NCBI GenBank assembly: GCA_030606215.1
Contig: JAUWGW010000006.1
Location: 2,207-66,206 of the forward strand
Length of the DNA: 64,000 bases
Source: a bacterium
Lineage (GTDB): Bacteria; NPL-UPA2; JAUVJM01
Direction of reading: 5' to 3'
The notes beneath the pieces were generated by a model. It saw only the letters and a list, made by a program, of their open reading frames with translations, was not told the DNA's origin and searched no databases. This document shows positions 8,896 through 18,435 of the stretch, in pieces. The first letter of the stretch is position 1. Each line of letters opens with the position of its first letter. The position numbers and the translations under genes were made by a program.

Positions 8896-9528
8896 ATGTT
8901 AAAGAGGATGACTGACAAATTGCATGGTTTTACCCTCATAGAGTTACTTGTCGTAGTTGCCATAATTGCTGTCCTGGCGGCAATGCTTTTGCCAGCATTA
9001 AGCCAGGCAAGGGAGAAAGCAAGGCAGGCAAAATGCATCAGTAATTTGAGACAACTTGGCACTATACTTATTATGTATAGCATTGATCGTGGGGGATGGA
9101 TGGTACCCTGGTACGATGGTAGTAAAACCTGGACTAAGATATTAGACGATGAAAATTATGTTAGTAATACCTCTATTTACCTTTGTCCTTCCTATCCTCC
9201 CACGGAACACTCTTCACCTGTATACGCTTATGGGTATAATACAAAGGATCCGACAAAAGCTGATTTGGGTATAGGGGAAACTTATCGACTGGATACCGTG
9301 AGTTCTTCCAGCTCATACTTTATCCTGGCAGATAGTATAGAGATAGCCGTGAAAAAACAAACCTACTATATACCTAGTGGAAATACTAGGGAAATACATT
9401 GTCGGCACAACGGAATGGCAGATTTACTTTATGCAGATGGTCATGTAGAAATTGAGAGTCCTGAGGAAATAGATGCCGCCGATAATGGATACTACTTGGC
9501 TTGGGGCCACATATATGTGGGAGAGTAA
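8896..9528 (+). CDS. Prepilin-type N-terminal cleavage/methylation domain protein with C-terminal H-X9-DG domain (DUF1559-like)
   Basis: [45 protein letters not shown] is the classic type IV pilin-like N-terminus of this family. C-terminal [13 protein letters not shown] gives an H-X9-DG spacing. AAGGGGGA RBS. Confidence 0.7.
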   Translation: MLKRMTDKLHGFTLIELLVVVAIIAVLAAMLLPALSQAREKARQAKCISNLRQLGTILIMYSIDRGGWMVPWYDGSKTWTKILDDENYVSNTSIYLCPSYPPTEHSSPVYAYGYNTKDPTKADLGIGETYRLDTVSSSSSYFILADSIEIAVKKQTYYIPSGNTREIHCRHNGMADLLYADGHVEIESPEEIDAADNGYYLAWGHIYVGE

Positions 9529-9623
9529 AATTTAACATCGGACAGAGTGAAATTTAGCACTTAGTGTGGAATATTTCTGAAAAGGGGCAAAAACATGGAA
9601 ATGAAAGTAAAGGAGGGTTTGTC

Positions 9624-12374
9624 GTGCTTATAAAATCTGTATTGTTTGTTTGGTTAGCTCTTTGTTTTTCTTCTTTGGGTATCGCTGAAGAACAGGGGCT
9701 GGTAGCCTATTACGATTTTAACGAAGGCTCGGAGCTAATAGCACATGATAGGAGTGGAAATAAGAATGATGGGAAGATAATAGGAGCTACCTGGGTAAAG
9801 GGTAGATATGGCACTGCTTTAGAGTTTGATGGGATAAATGACTATGTTGACTGCGGGGAGAAACCAAGTTTTGATGTTAAAAATGTAGTTACCCTTGAGG
9901 CTTGGGTTTTACCTACGAAGGCCCCTTCTGGAGAACCAGCAATAGTAGGCAAAAAAATCTCCAGATATGCATTGACCTATTACAAAAATGGGAACTGTTA
10001 CTTCTATATATCTGCTGGTGTTAATCATTGTGTAGCTCGCCACCTTGCCGTTGGTGTTTGGCATCACATTGTAGCAACATTTGATGGAACAACAATGAAT
10101 CTGTACGTTGATGGAGATTTAAAGGACACTCGCACCTCACTTTACAAAACGATAGATAGTCGTGGTGGAAATCTTTTTATTGGCAAGCGGGATAACGATT
10201 ATTTCTGCGGCATAATTGACGAAGTTAGAATATATAATCGTACTTTATCCGAAGAAGAAATTCAAACCCATTATCAGTCAGATGCAAGAATGAAAAAAGC
10301 TGTAGTAAATAATAAAACCGGAACAGATACCATGACAAAATTCAGATATAGTCCTGATCAGAGAAGTGAACCCCTTCCACCCTGGCCGCCTGTAGAAGTG
10401 AGGAAGAGAAAAGTTATTGTATGGGGAAGAGAATACACCTTTTCTAATCTCCCTATCCCGGTCTCTATTATTTCTCAGGGGCAAGAGTTATTAGCTAGTT
10501 CTCCAAAGCTTGAAGTTCTGGTAGAGGGAAAACCGCTGGTATGGCAGCCAGTGCGAATTGAAAGAATTTCACCTGCGGTTGCCAAAGTAATTTCTCAGGG
10601 GAAAGCAGGAGACTTTCTAATTCAAGGAGAGAGCTTCGTTGAATTCGATGGGCTGGTCTGGGTTCAACTAAGGCTCAGTTGTACCCAGGAAAAGTTAGTC
10701 TCTATCAAAAATTTGAGCCTCAAAATTCCTCTGAAATCACCCCCAGTTCAGCTTTTTTCCCATCAGCTCGTTAGGACAGCTAATTTTCAAAGCTCGTTTC
10801 AGTTATTGACTACTCCAGAACAGTTCTATTACACTGGCGCATTGCCTCATGAAGGTTGGAAAGGAGAATTTACCCCACAGGTCTGGGTAGGAAATGTCGA
10901 TCGGGGACTGGCATGGATTAGTGAATCTCCACATTCATGGGAAATCGGTCATAAAGAAGCCGTATTGGAACTGATCCCAGACAGCAAAAAAGTGTGGCTG
11001 AACGTGACATTTGTATCAATTCCCATTAGATTGGAAAAGGAAAGGAATATAGAATTCGGACTAATGGCGACCCCTGTGAAACCTTGGCCAACTGATAGAT
11101 CTCTTTTGCGGGTATCCCATACTGGTGGGGGGGCTTTTGAAAAGCTCCGGGATACCTACATTATTCCGCGAAAGGAAGATGGAAAGACCGGACTTGACGA
11201 CTTTGCCAAGGAGGGGGTTCGTACGCTCGTCCTGTGGGACTACTACTCGGATGTCTGGGGGTTTCCAAAGATTGTCAGCTCTAAGAATAGAGAGTTTGCT
11301 AAGGCATTTGTACAGAAGGCACATAAGCTGGGTATTCGTGTCATGCCATATCAGGCTACGTTGCAGATCCTGCCCGAAAGACATCCTGAATTTGAGGAAC
11401 TCAAAAAGCGGTTTCAAGTTTATCCTCAGTGTGAAGAGAAGGGATATCACAAAGTTAAGCTAACAGATGACTTTATAATGTGGTATGCATCGCAAGCGGC
11501 AGCACATATGCGTGAATTTGACCTGGACGGTTACTACTTGGATACCTTTAATGACCCAGACCGTTTTAACCACAGTGATGTCGTAATGTATGATATACTG
11601 CAAACCCGAAAATTATACAAAGCCTTATATGAGATAGTTTACAAGGAAAAGGGTAAGCATGGCATTATTTTCCTTCATGATTCTGCACCGCCTCTATTTC
11701 CCCTGGCAAGTTTTTCTGACCTCCGCCTAACAGGTGAAATGCAATACTGGAGATTGGCTTTCCAGCACCTGACAAGAAGTAGCAATCCTTTGCTGCAGGC
11801 TATTCCACTTGAACAGATTCAGGTATGGGATATGGGGGAGGTTGTAGGGGTGCCAACGGTTTGGTGCTGGAAGCATCCCGACAAAGAGTATAGGGTGAGA
11901 ACCGGGTTGGATTTGCTAACATATAAGACTGGGGAGTTATTCGATACGGAGGAAGTGTTTAGCATTATGGGACTTTTTCACATACCAATTTTTGCTCGAC
12001 CTCTCTGGTGGCGATCCCCCAGCCCAGTGCCGAGAATGTCTCAGATATGGAAGCTGGAGGATGAATTTGGATTGCAGAATGCCAGATGGTACCCCTATTG
12101 GGAAAACGCAGGTCTCATTTCTGTCTCTCCCCCAGAAGTAAAAGTAAGCTTCTATCTCAAAGAAGACTGTTCATTACTAATGCATGTTGCTAATCTGGGA
12201 GAGAAGGAGAACATAACTCAGATTAAATTTACTAGCTCCTCCGGCCTGAAGAGCAAACGGTTTGAGATAATAAATGCTGTGGGAAGTTATCATGTTAGAG
12301 GAAGATTGGGGGGAGTGGAATTGAGATTACCTCCAGGTCAATCCACACTCTTGATGCTTCGGGTGAAGAAATAA
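9624..12374 (+). CDS. Secreted LamG/concanavalin-A-like lectin-domain protein with a large C-terminal domain of uncertain function (possibly glycoside-hydrolase-like TIM barrel)
   Basis: About 916 aa. GTG at 9624 has AAGGAGGG 7 nt upstream and yields a signal-peptide-like N-terminus (LIKSVLFVWLALCFSSLGIA). The LamG_3-like segment is GLVAYYDFNEGSELIAHDRSGNKNDGKIIGATWVKGRYGTALEFDGINDYVDCG...LYVDGDL. The track's ATG at 9564 is an alternative start. Confidence 0.55.
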   Translation: MLIKSVLFVWLALCFSSLGIAEEQGLVAYYDFNEGSELIAHDRSGNKNDGKIIGATWVKGRYGTALEFDGINDYVDCGEKPSFDVKNVVTLEAWVLPTKAPSGEPAIVGKKISRYALTYYKNGNCYFYISAGVNHCVARHLAVGVWHHIVATFDGTTMNLYVDGDLKDTRTSLYKTIDSRGGNLFIGKRDNDYFCGIIDEVRIYNRTLSEEEIQTHYQSDARMKKAVVNNKTGTDTMTKFRYSPDQRSEPLPPWPPVEVRKRKVIVWGREYTFSNLPIPVSIISQGQELLASSPKLEVLVEGKPLVWQPVRIERISPAVAKVISQGKAGDFLIQGESFVEFDGLVWVQLRLSCTQEKLVSIKNLSLKIPLKSPPVQLFSHQLVRTANFQSSFQLLTTPEQFYYTGALPHEGWKGEFTPQVWVGNVDRGLAWISESPHSWEIGHKEAVLELIPDSKKVWLNVTFVSIPIRLEKERNIEFGLMATPVKPWPTDRSLLRVSHTGGGAFEKLRDTYIIPRKEDGKTGLDDFAKEGVRTLVLWDYYSDVWGFPKIVSSKNREFAKAFVQKAHKLGIRVMPYQATLQILPERHPEFEELKKRFQVYPQCEEKGYHKVKLTDDFIMWYASQAAAHMREFDLDGYYLDTFNDPDRFNHSDVVMYDILQTRKLYKALYEIVYKEKGKHGIIFLHDSAPPLFPLASFSDLRLTGEMQYWRLAFQHLTRSSNPLLQAIPLEQIQVWDMGEVVGVPTVWCWKHPDKEYRVRTGLDLLTYKTGELFDTEEVFSIMGLFHIPIFARPLWWRSPSPVPRMSQIWKLEDEFGLQNARWYPYWENAGLISVSPPEVKVSFYLKEDCSLLMHVANLGEKENITQIKFTSSSGLKSKRFEIINAVGSYHVRGRLGGVELRLPPGQSTLLMLRVKK

Positions 12375-12393
12375 GATCGTTAAAAATGATCGG

Positions 12394-13710
12394 ATGATGT
12401 TAAAGAAGAAGTTTGCAGACATCAAATCACAGTCCTATTTTGACAGTGCCATTAGAACTCTATTCATAATACTGACAGCAAGCTCCATTTTTCTTTCTGG
12501 TTGTGGGAGGAAAGAGGAAGGCAAGGTCAGGTTAAAATATGCCATTTTCTCAACTCCGAAGTACATTCAGCTCGAGAAAGAACTGATTAAGGATTTTGAG
12601 AGTAAAAACCCTGACATAAAAGTAGAGTTGAGGACAGCGGGGTACGGGCTCCATCATGAAAAAATCCAGGTTGAGATAGTAGCCGGTATGGCTCCCGACC
12701 TCTGGCTTACTGATGGAGTTTATATCATGGAGTGGGCTGAACGCGGTGTCATAGAAGAACTGACAGAACTTTTTAATTCCAAGATGAAATCAGAAGAATA
12801 TTTCGGGCTGCAGGCATTAAGAGATCCGGAAGGTAGATTGTGGGGTATTCCAAAAGAAATCCAAACCTTCGGATTATTCTATAATAAGGACATTTTTGAC
12901 CGTTTCGGAGTCCAGTATCCGGACGATTCCTGGACATGGGATGAGGTTGTATGTGCCGCCAAATCGCTCACCAAGGATACAGATGGTGATGGAAGGGTAG
13001 ATATTTATGGATTTGGACAGGGAGTAGTTACTCTTATTTCAAACCTGATTTATCAATACGGTGGGTCCATACTGGATGAGAAACGCAGAAACTCGCTTCT
13101 CAATACACTTCCTGCACGACAAGCCATTGAATTTGGTCTCTCATTGTGTAAGCAAAAAGTCATGCCAACCCTTGCAGACAAGAGTACATTCAGCGAGCTA
13201 GAGATGTTTCGAATGGGAAAACTTGCCATGTGCATAGGAAATTATGCTTATGTAAATGAAATAGAGACGACTTTCAATTACTCAGTGGCCTTACCTCCAA
13301 AGAAGGTGAATCGCCGGTGCTACTATGACCCAAATGCTCTTGTCATAAGCCGGGGAAAATCCCAGGTTGTGAAGGATGCCGCCTGGAGGTATATTGAATA
13401 TCACTCCAGTTTGGAGGCGCAGATTAAACTCGGGAGGAGAGGAGAAGGACTGCCTTTTAACCGGAGAGCCGCCCTCTCAGTAGTAGATACTGAGGAAGCG
13501 AGGAAGCATAACCTCAAAGTATTTTATGATATGGTTGATGAGTCAGTTGACTATGATGTGAATGGATGCTGGAGGAAATGGAGAAGAGATGCATTTCAAA
13601 AAGAAATTGAAAAGGGGGCATTGGGAATAGTTCCTATAGAGGAGGTGCCAGATAACGCCCACAGGGAAGTGCAAAAGGTCCTTGATGCGTATTATGGAAG
13701 TGATTCATGA
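12394..13710 (+). CDS. ABC transporter substrate-binding lipoprotein (family 1, carbohydrate-type)
   Basis: 438 aa. Signal peptide plus lipobox (FLSGCG). GKVRLKYAIFSTPKY...FESKNPDIKVEL...MAPDLWLTDGVYIMEWAERGVIEELTELF is typical of sugar-binding proteins. There is no adjacent permease or ATPase gene. Confidence 0.7.
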   Translation: MMLKKKFADIKSQSYFDSAIRTLFIILTASSIFLSGCGRKEEGKVRLKYAIFSTPKYIQLEKELIKDFESKNPDIKVELRTAGYGLHHEKIQVEIVAGMAPDLWLTDGVYIMEWAERGVIEELTELFNSKMKSEEYFGLQALRDPEGRLWGIPKEIQTFGLFYNKDIFDRFGVQYPDDSWTWDEVVCAAKSLTKDTDGDGRVDIYGFGQGVVTLISNLIYQYGGSILDEKRRNSLLNTLPARQAIEFGLSLCKQKVMPTLADKSTFSELEMFRMGKLAMCIGNYAYVNEIETTFNYSVALPPKKVNRRCYYDPNALVISRGKSQVVKDAAWRYIEYHSSLEAQIKLGRRGEGLPFNRRAALSVVDTEEARKHNLKVFYDMVDESVDYDVNGCWRKWRRDAFQKEIEKGALGIVPIEEVPDNAHREVQKVLDAYYGSDS

Positions 13711-15245
13711 ACGAATACAAGTTATATTGGGGTGATTTACATACACATCTTGAGGATTTCGACAACAGCGATGCAATCCTTCGTGATGCCCAAGAGAACA
13801 TCGACTTTTGTGCCGTGCTCTGCTACCCATTTGCCTGGGAAAGAAAACGCGGATTGCTAGTTGAAAGTGTCAGGCAACGGCCGGAATTTCTTCAATGGTG
13901 GGAAAAACTCCGGGAGTTGGCTCGCACGCACCATCACCCCGGCCGCTTTGTCACCTTTCTGGGTTATGAATGGCATGGAAATCGAACACATTATGGTGAC
14001 CACAATGTGATCTATTTTGATGAAAATAATCCATTGGATGATGCATGGGCGTTAGAGGATCTGTACAGAAATCTACAGAAGCGCAGGGCAATTGCCATCC
14101 CTCACCACACGGGTTATTGTCGGGGATGGCGCGGTAAGAACTGGGATGTTTTTGACGAAAAGTTATCCCCTGTGATGGAGGTATTCTCTATACATGGCTC
14201 ATCCGAAGGTTGCAACACACCGTTTCCCCTGGAGCAGAATAGTAGCATGGGGCCCCGGACCACAGGCGGTACGCTTCACGATGCCCTCGCGCGGGGTTAT
14301 CAGGTTGGTGTTATTGGATCAAACGATGGTTCTGGACTTCCAGGTCGGTGGGGGATTGGACGGGCAGGTGTTTGGGCACGCGAGTGCACACGAGAAGCCA
14401 TCTGGGAGGCATTGCTGGCGCGCCGCACATATGCTACGACCGGAGATCGAATTAAGCTTGATTTTCAAATAAATGGTGCACCTATGGGATCAGTAATACA
14501 AAGAGATAGTTCAATAGATGCCGATGTAATCATTGAAGGCTCTCACGCCATTGACCGAGTAGAGTTATTGCAAAATGGATACGTTATTGATACATACTGC
14601 CACAGTGGTTGCTGGGAAGACCAAGTACAAAAATCCGGACGGTTCAAGGTTTTTATAGAAGCTGGCTGGGGACCTGCGGCACACTATGGATATCAGCCGA
14701 TGAATTGGAAGTGGTCGTGTCGTCTTGATGTTGAATTGGGTCGTTTAGTGAGTGTGGAGAGATGCTTTTCGCTTTTAGGTCAGAGAGTTAAGTCACATAG
14801 TGAGAGCCACTGTACTTGGGAGCTGACTACGGCAGGTCGTACAATCCGTAACAACCCCTTTGGAATGTGCCAGGGGATTGTCTTTGAGCTGGAGGGCGAC
14901 CTCAAGACACGGCTTCGTTTGCAGATGGAGGGGGTGACACTCGAGCTGTCAGTCGGGGATCTCATAAGAGGATCCCATGTGGTTCCGCTCGTGGAAGAAT
15001 CAAAACGCAGGGTGCAGGAGACCTTCGGCCTGGAGGAAAAGGAGTTGGGTAACTGTGATACATACTACTCCAATGCCCGAAAAATTAAACTGCACAAGGC
15101 AATTCCGGAGAGAGGTTACCGGGTCGCTCACACGTTTCGCAATCTCAATCTGACTAAGGGTCGCAATTACTTCTATGTAAGAGTGTCGCAGCTCAATGGG
15201 CAGTTGGCATGGTCATCGCCGATTTGGATGGACTCTAAGTCATGA
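13707..15245 (+). CDS. DUF3604/PHP-like metal-dependent hydrolase-fold protein (function unknown)
   Basis: 512 aa. N-terminus YWGDLHTHL...FLGYEWHG...IAIPHHTGY is rich in the His-containing motifs typical of PHP/DUF3604 proteins. Strong ORF. Its GC content is visibly higher than that of flanking genes. Confidence 0.4.
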   Translation: MNEYKLYWGDLHTHLEDFDNSDAILRDAQENIDFCAVLCYPFAWERKRGLLVESVRQRPEFLQWWEKLRELARTHHHPGRFVTFLGYEWHGNRTHYGDHNVIYFDENNPLDDAWALEDLYRNLQKRRAIAIPHHTGYCRGWRGKNWDVFDEKLSPVMEVFSIHGSSEGCNTPFPLEQNSSMGPRTTGGTLHDALARGYQVGVIGSNDGSGLPGRWGIGRAGVWARECTREAIWEALLARRTYATTGDRIKLDFQINGAPMGSVIQRDSSIDADVIIEGSHAIDRVELLQNGYVIDTYCHSGCWEDQVQKSGRFKVFIEAGWGPAAHYGYQPMNWKWSCRLDVELGRLVSVERCFSLLGQRVKSHSESHCTWELTTAGRTIRNNPFGMCQGIVFELEGDLKTRLRLQMEGVTLELSVGDLIRGSHVVPLVEESKRRVQETFGLEEKELGNCDTYYSNARKIKLHKAIPERGYRVAHTFRNLNLTKGRNYFYVRVSQLNGQLAWSSPIWMDSKS

Positions 15246-15246
15246 A

Positions 15247-16299
15247 ATGAAACAGGCAGAGGTCAAAAAAGCTTGGTTAACTGCAGGTAATCGAGCACGT
15301 GTCATAGCCACATTGAGTCATAAGAAATCAGACAAGGTGCCTTATAATGTAAGTTTTACCCGAAAGGCACGTGCTAAGATGATTGAATCTTATGGAGATC
15401 CTGATTTCGAATCAAAATTGGGAAATTGTCTGACAGTGATGCGTTGTGAGCCCAAAGATAGTTGGAAAGAGGTAAACCCCAATATTTGGGAGGACCAATT
15501 CAGAGTCCAGTGGAATCGGACCGTAGATAAAGATATAGGTGTGGTTTGTAATTGTTTAGTAACACCGGATAATATCAATGAATATGAATTTCCTGACCCA
15601 GATGATCCGTTAAGATATGATGATTATAACGAGATTATTAAAACAAAGAAAGATGGATTTTTTGTAGTAGCTCTCGGATTTAGCCTATTTGAAAGAGCTT
15701 GGACTCTCACCGGTATGGAGAATTTACTTATGGCGATGATCTCCGATAAGGATTTTGCCAATTCTTTGCTGGATAAGATTTTGGATTTCAATCTAAGAAT
15801 AATCGAAAATGCTTGCCTCTTTGATATTGATGCGATGATGTTTGGAGATGATTGGGGGCAGCAGACTGGTCTTATCATGGGCCCAAAACTTTGGCGGGAA
15901 TTTATCAAGCCTCGTATCAAACAGATGTATGAGTTAGTAAAATCAAAGGGCAAATTCGTCTTCATCCATTCTTGCGGCAAAGTGGATGAAATATTTCCAG
16001 ATTTGATAGATTGTGGTGTGGATGTATTTAATCCGTTTCAACCTGAGGTAATGAATGTATTTGAGATGAAGAAGAGATATGGTAGTTCACTAAGTTTCTA
16101 TGGTGGTATCAGCACCCAGCGGACTTTACCCTATGGGACTGTCACTGAGGTGAAAGACGAAGTCAAGCGACTGCTCGATGTTATCGGGGAAAATGGGGGT
16201 TACATTGCAGCTCCTGCACACGCTATACCAGCTGATGCAAAGCCCGAAAACATTGCTGCCATGATAGAAGTTTTACAACATCAATTTCCACAAATATGA
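15247..16299 (+). CDS. Uroporphyrinogen-decarboxylase (URO-D/MtaA-like) family protein
   Basis: About 350 aa from ATG 15247, the first codon after the stop of the upstream gene. The C-terminal region LWREFIKPRIKQMYELVKSKGKFVFIHSCGKVDEIFPDLIDCGVDVFNPFQPEV...YIAAPAHAIP fits the URO-D/methylcobamide:CoM methyltransferase fold. Confidence 0.55.
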   Translation: MKQAEVKKAWLTAGNRARVIATLSHKKSDKVPYNVSFTRKARAKMIESYGDPDFESKLGNCLTVMRCEPKDSWKEVNPNIWEDQFRVQWNRTVDKDIGVVCNCLVTPDNINEYEFPDPDDPLRYDDYNEIIKTKKDGFFVVALGFSLFERAWTLTGMENLLMAMISDKDFANSLLDKILDFNLRIIENACLFDIDAMMFGDDWGQQTGLIMGPKLWREFIKPRIKQMYELVKSKGKFVFIHSCGKVDEIFPDLIDCGVDVFNPFQPEVMNVFEMKKRYGSSLSFYGGISTQRTLPYGTVTEVKDEVKRLLDVIGENGGYIAAPAHAIPADAKPENIAAMIEVLQHQFPQI

Positions 16300-16414
16300 A
16301 GATTGGATTAGCTTGAAGTTTGATAGATGACATTTTTGACTTGCAATAACAGTAATGTCATTTACTACTTGTGATGAGAGGAAAAAGCTACATCAAGTTT
16401 CGAAACATGATGGG

Positions 16415-16479
16415 TTAATGATGATGTTGTCTATCAATCTTGTTTTGCCGATCCACACGGCGAGAGCTATGAGCACAGC
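16415..16479 (-). pseudogene. Relic copy of the panC 3' terminus (last ~20 codons); about 83% identical to 18443-18507
   Basis: Aligned by eye: ttaatgatgatgttgtctatcaatcttgttttgccgatccacacggcgagagctatgagcacagc versus ttgacgataatgttgtctatcagtcttgttttaccaatccacacggcaatggcgatgaggacagg. The minus-strand translation gives ...LIALAVWIGKTRLIDNIIIN, parallel to the real PanC C-terminus. Confidence 0.45.
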
Positions 16480-16645
16480 TTCAAAGTGTAGTAAAGTAAA
16501 CTATTCTTGATTATTCATTATTTAAATCTAACACAGGAATTCCGCAACTAAAAAACTTTTCTTGTAATCCACCATAAACTGGCACTTAAGTGCCCAATCT
16601 GTTGGAGGAGCAAATCCGCATTGATTTTTTTCTAACAGGATTTTC

Positions 16646-16673
16646 TTGACGGGGGGTGGGAGTGAGTGATAAT
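16646..16673 (+). promoter_or_regulatory. Putative sigma70-type promoter (TTGACG-16nt-GATAAT) for the 16747-18412 gene pair
   Basis: Read directly: ttgacg ggggggtgggagtgagt gataat. It lies about 75 nt upstream of ATG 16747. Confidence 0.3.
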
Positions 16674-16746
16674 ATCAGTTACTGGGGAAGACGGTCTCTG
16701 GAGTCAAAAGGTGGTATTAGCCTGCGTTAATTTGGAGGGAAGAGAC

Positions 16747-17697
16747 ATGGATTTAGTTTCTACGATAGAAGGTTCACTATTAGAAGGGTTTTTCCCTGAA
16801 GGTTGGGATTTGAAAAAATTGGATGAGTGCTGTAACAATGCACCTGAATCCATCACAGAATCTCAGGAATGGTGGCATTCTGATTTCAGACCTGTTCCCT
16901 GTGAGGATTTATCAGAGTTTAACACACTGATGGGACATGAAATAGCTCTCAGAATAAAGGAGAGTAAAGAGGAGGGAAAGAAGATAATTTTTATTCTTCC
17001 GGTAGGTCCAATGGGAATGTATAAATGGGCGGTATACTTCTTAAAAGAGTGGGGAGTGGATTGTAAACATGTCTATGGATTCAATATGGATGAATGGAGT
17101 GATGGGAAGGGAAATACTTTGCCTTCTGATAATCCCGGCGCATTTCAAAATGCTATGGAGGCGGCTTTCTATGGACCTTTAGGGGAATTAACTGTGCCGG
17201 CGGAACAGCGGCATTTTGCTGCTAAAGATGTTTTGCCTGCCTATCCGGAGAAAATAGCAAAACTCAAGCAGGAAGGAGCGCAACTCGTAGTTGTCTTTGG
17301 TATAGGCAGAATTTTCCATATTGCTTTCTGGGAACCACATTTTGCCGCTGAGTTTAAAACGGAAGAGGAGTGGAAGAACCAGAGTTACAGATTGGGCGCC
17401 AAGCTCCATCCATTAACTATAGAGCAGAATGCTATTACCAGTTTCAAAAGTAGAACTACACTGGTTCCCTGTTTTGCCAATACCATAGGTCCCGGTATAT
17501 TTCTTGAGGCGGATTGGATTATAGGGGGTTGTGATGGTAGTTTAGGTCGTGGTATGATGTGGCAGGGGTTATCGTTATGGGTAACCTTAAGGCATGGTCC
17601 AAGTATCTGGATACCGTCAAGTTTTATGCCGACATTACCAGGCAAACTCTTCTTCCTCAAGGAATTGGCAGGTCCATTAGAAGCAGAATGTAACTAA
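16747..17697 (+). CDS. Glucosamine-6-phosphate deaminase/6-phosphogluconolactonase (NagB-like) fold protein, tentative
   Basis: About 316 aa from ATG 16747, which has GGAGGG 6 nt upstream; the track's 16666 start precedes the [20 protein letters not shown]...GFNMDEW...[16 protein letters not shown] resembles the NagB/SOL fold. Paired with a PIG-L deacetylase. Confidence 0.4.
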   Translation: MDLVSTIEGSLLEGFFPEGWDLKKLDECCNNAPESITESQEWWHSDFRPVPCEDLSEFNTLMGHEIALRIKESKEEGKKIIFILPVGPMGMYKWAVYFLKEWGVDCKHVYGFNMDEWSDGKGNTLPSDNPGAFQNAMEAAFYGPLGELTVPAEQRHFAAKDVLPAYPEKIAKLKQEGAQLVVVFGIGRIFHIAFWEPHFAAEFKTEEEWKNQSYRLGAKLHPLTIEQNAITSFKSRTTLVPCFANTIGPGIFLEADWIIGGCDGSLGRGMMWQGLSLWVTLRHGPSIWIPSSFMPTLPGKLFFLKELAGPLEAECN

Positions 17698-17710
17698 TGG
17701 AGGATTACGC

Positions 17711-18412
17711 ATGAACATCTTAGCTGTGGGGGCTCATCCTGATGATCTGGAGATTCTTTGTGCCGGGACGCTGGCGAAGTATTCCCGGGATGGACATAGG
17801 GTAAGCATGGCACATCTCTGTAATGGTAACAAGGGACATCACCATATTCCACCAGATGAGCTGGCTAAAATTAGAGATAAAGAAGCTGCTTCTTCCGCTA
17901 AGATAATTGGGGCTGAGCACATCAACCTTGGTATAGAAGACCTGGATGTTTATCTGGAGCGGGAGCAGGTCTTAGCGTGTGTGGAATTGATTAGAAGGAC
18001 AAAACCGGATGTGATTATTACCCATTCGCCAGATGATTATATGCCTGACCACACTGTGACTTCAAGTTTGATATTTAATGCCAGTTTCATTGCTACCTTG
18101 CCTCATACGAAGACTGAAAGTAAGTATTTTGAAAAAATAACCCCGCTTTATTATATGGATACCGTGGCCGGGGCTAAATTTCATCCTACTGAGTATGTGG
18201 ATACCTCTGATACCTTTGCCATCAAGAAAAAGATGCTTTCCTGTCACCAGAGCCAGTTAAAGTGGCTTAGCGAGCATGATAAGGTTGACATACTGGAGTT
18301 TATAGAAGTAGTTGCCAGGTTTAGAGGATTGCAATGTGGTGTTTTGTATGCAGAAGGTTTTCGGAAAGCTGAAGTTTGGGGTAGGAATGTTACAAAAAGG
18401 TTCCTGCCATAG
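17711..18412 (+). CDS. PIG-L/LmbE-family N-acetylglucosaminyl deacetylase
   Basis: 233 aa. ILAVGAHPDDLEILCAGTLAKY...H...DVIITHSPDDYMPDH carries the AHPDDxE and HxxH motifs of the PIG-L family. GGAGGA RBS. Confidence 0.75.
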   Translation: MNILAVGAHPDDLEILCAGTLAKYSRDGHRVSMAHLCNGNKGHHHIPPDELAKIRDKEAASSAKIIGAEHINLGIEDLDVYLEREQVLACVELIRRTKPDVIITHSPDDYMPDHTVTSSLIFNASFIATLPHTKTESKYFEKITPLYYMDTVAGAKFHPTEYVDTSDTFAIKKKMLSCHQSQLKWLSEHDKVDILEFIEVVARFRGLQCGVLYAEGFRKAEVWGRNVTKRFLP

Positions 18413-18435
18413 AAGTCTTCACATCCAAATGACTA

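Noticed and set aside
9564-9623. Track start codon (ATG 9564) for the LamG giant protein
   Set aside because: GTG at 9624 has a strong AAGGAGGG RBS at 7-nt spacing and yields a clean signal peptide. The 20 extra N-terminal residues (MWNISEKGQKHGNESKGGFV) are hydrophilic and lie upstream of the RBS.
16327-16361. Inverted repeat atgacatt...aatgtcat downstream of the URO-D-like gene as a terminator
   Set aside because: The 8-bp stem encloses a 19-nt loop and has no U-tract. It does not look like an intrinsic terminator.
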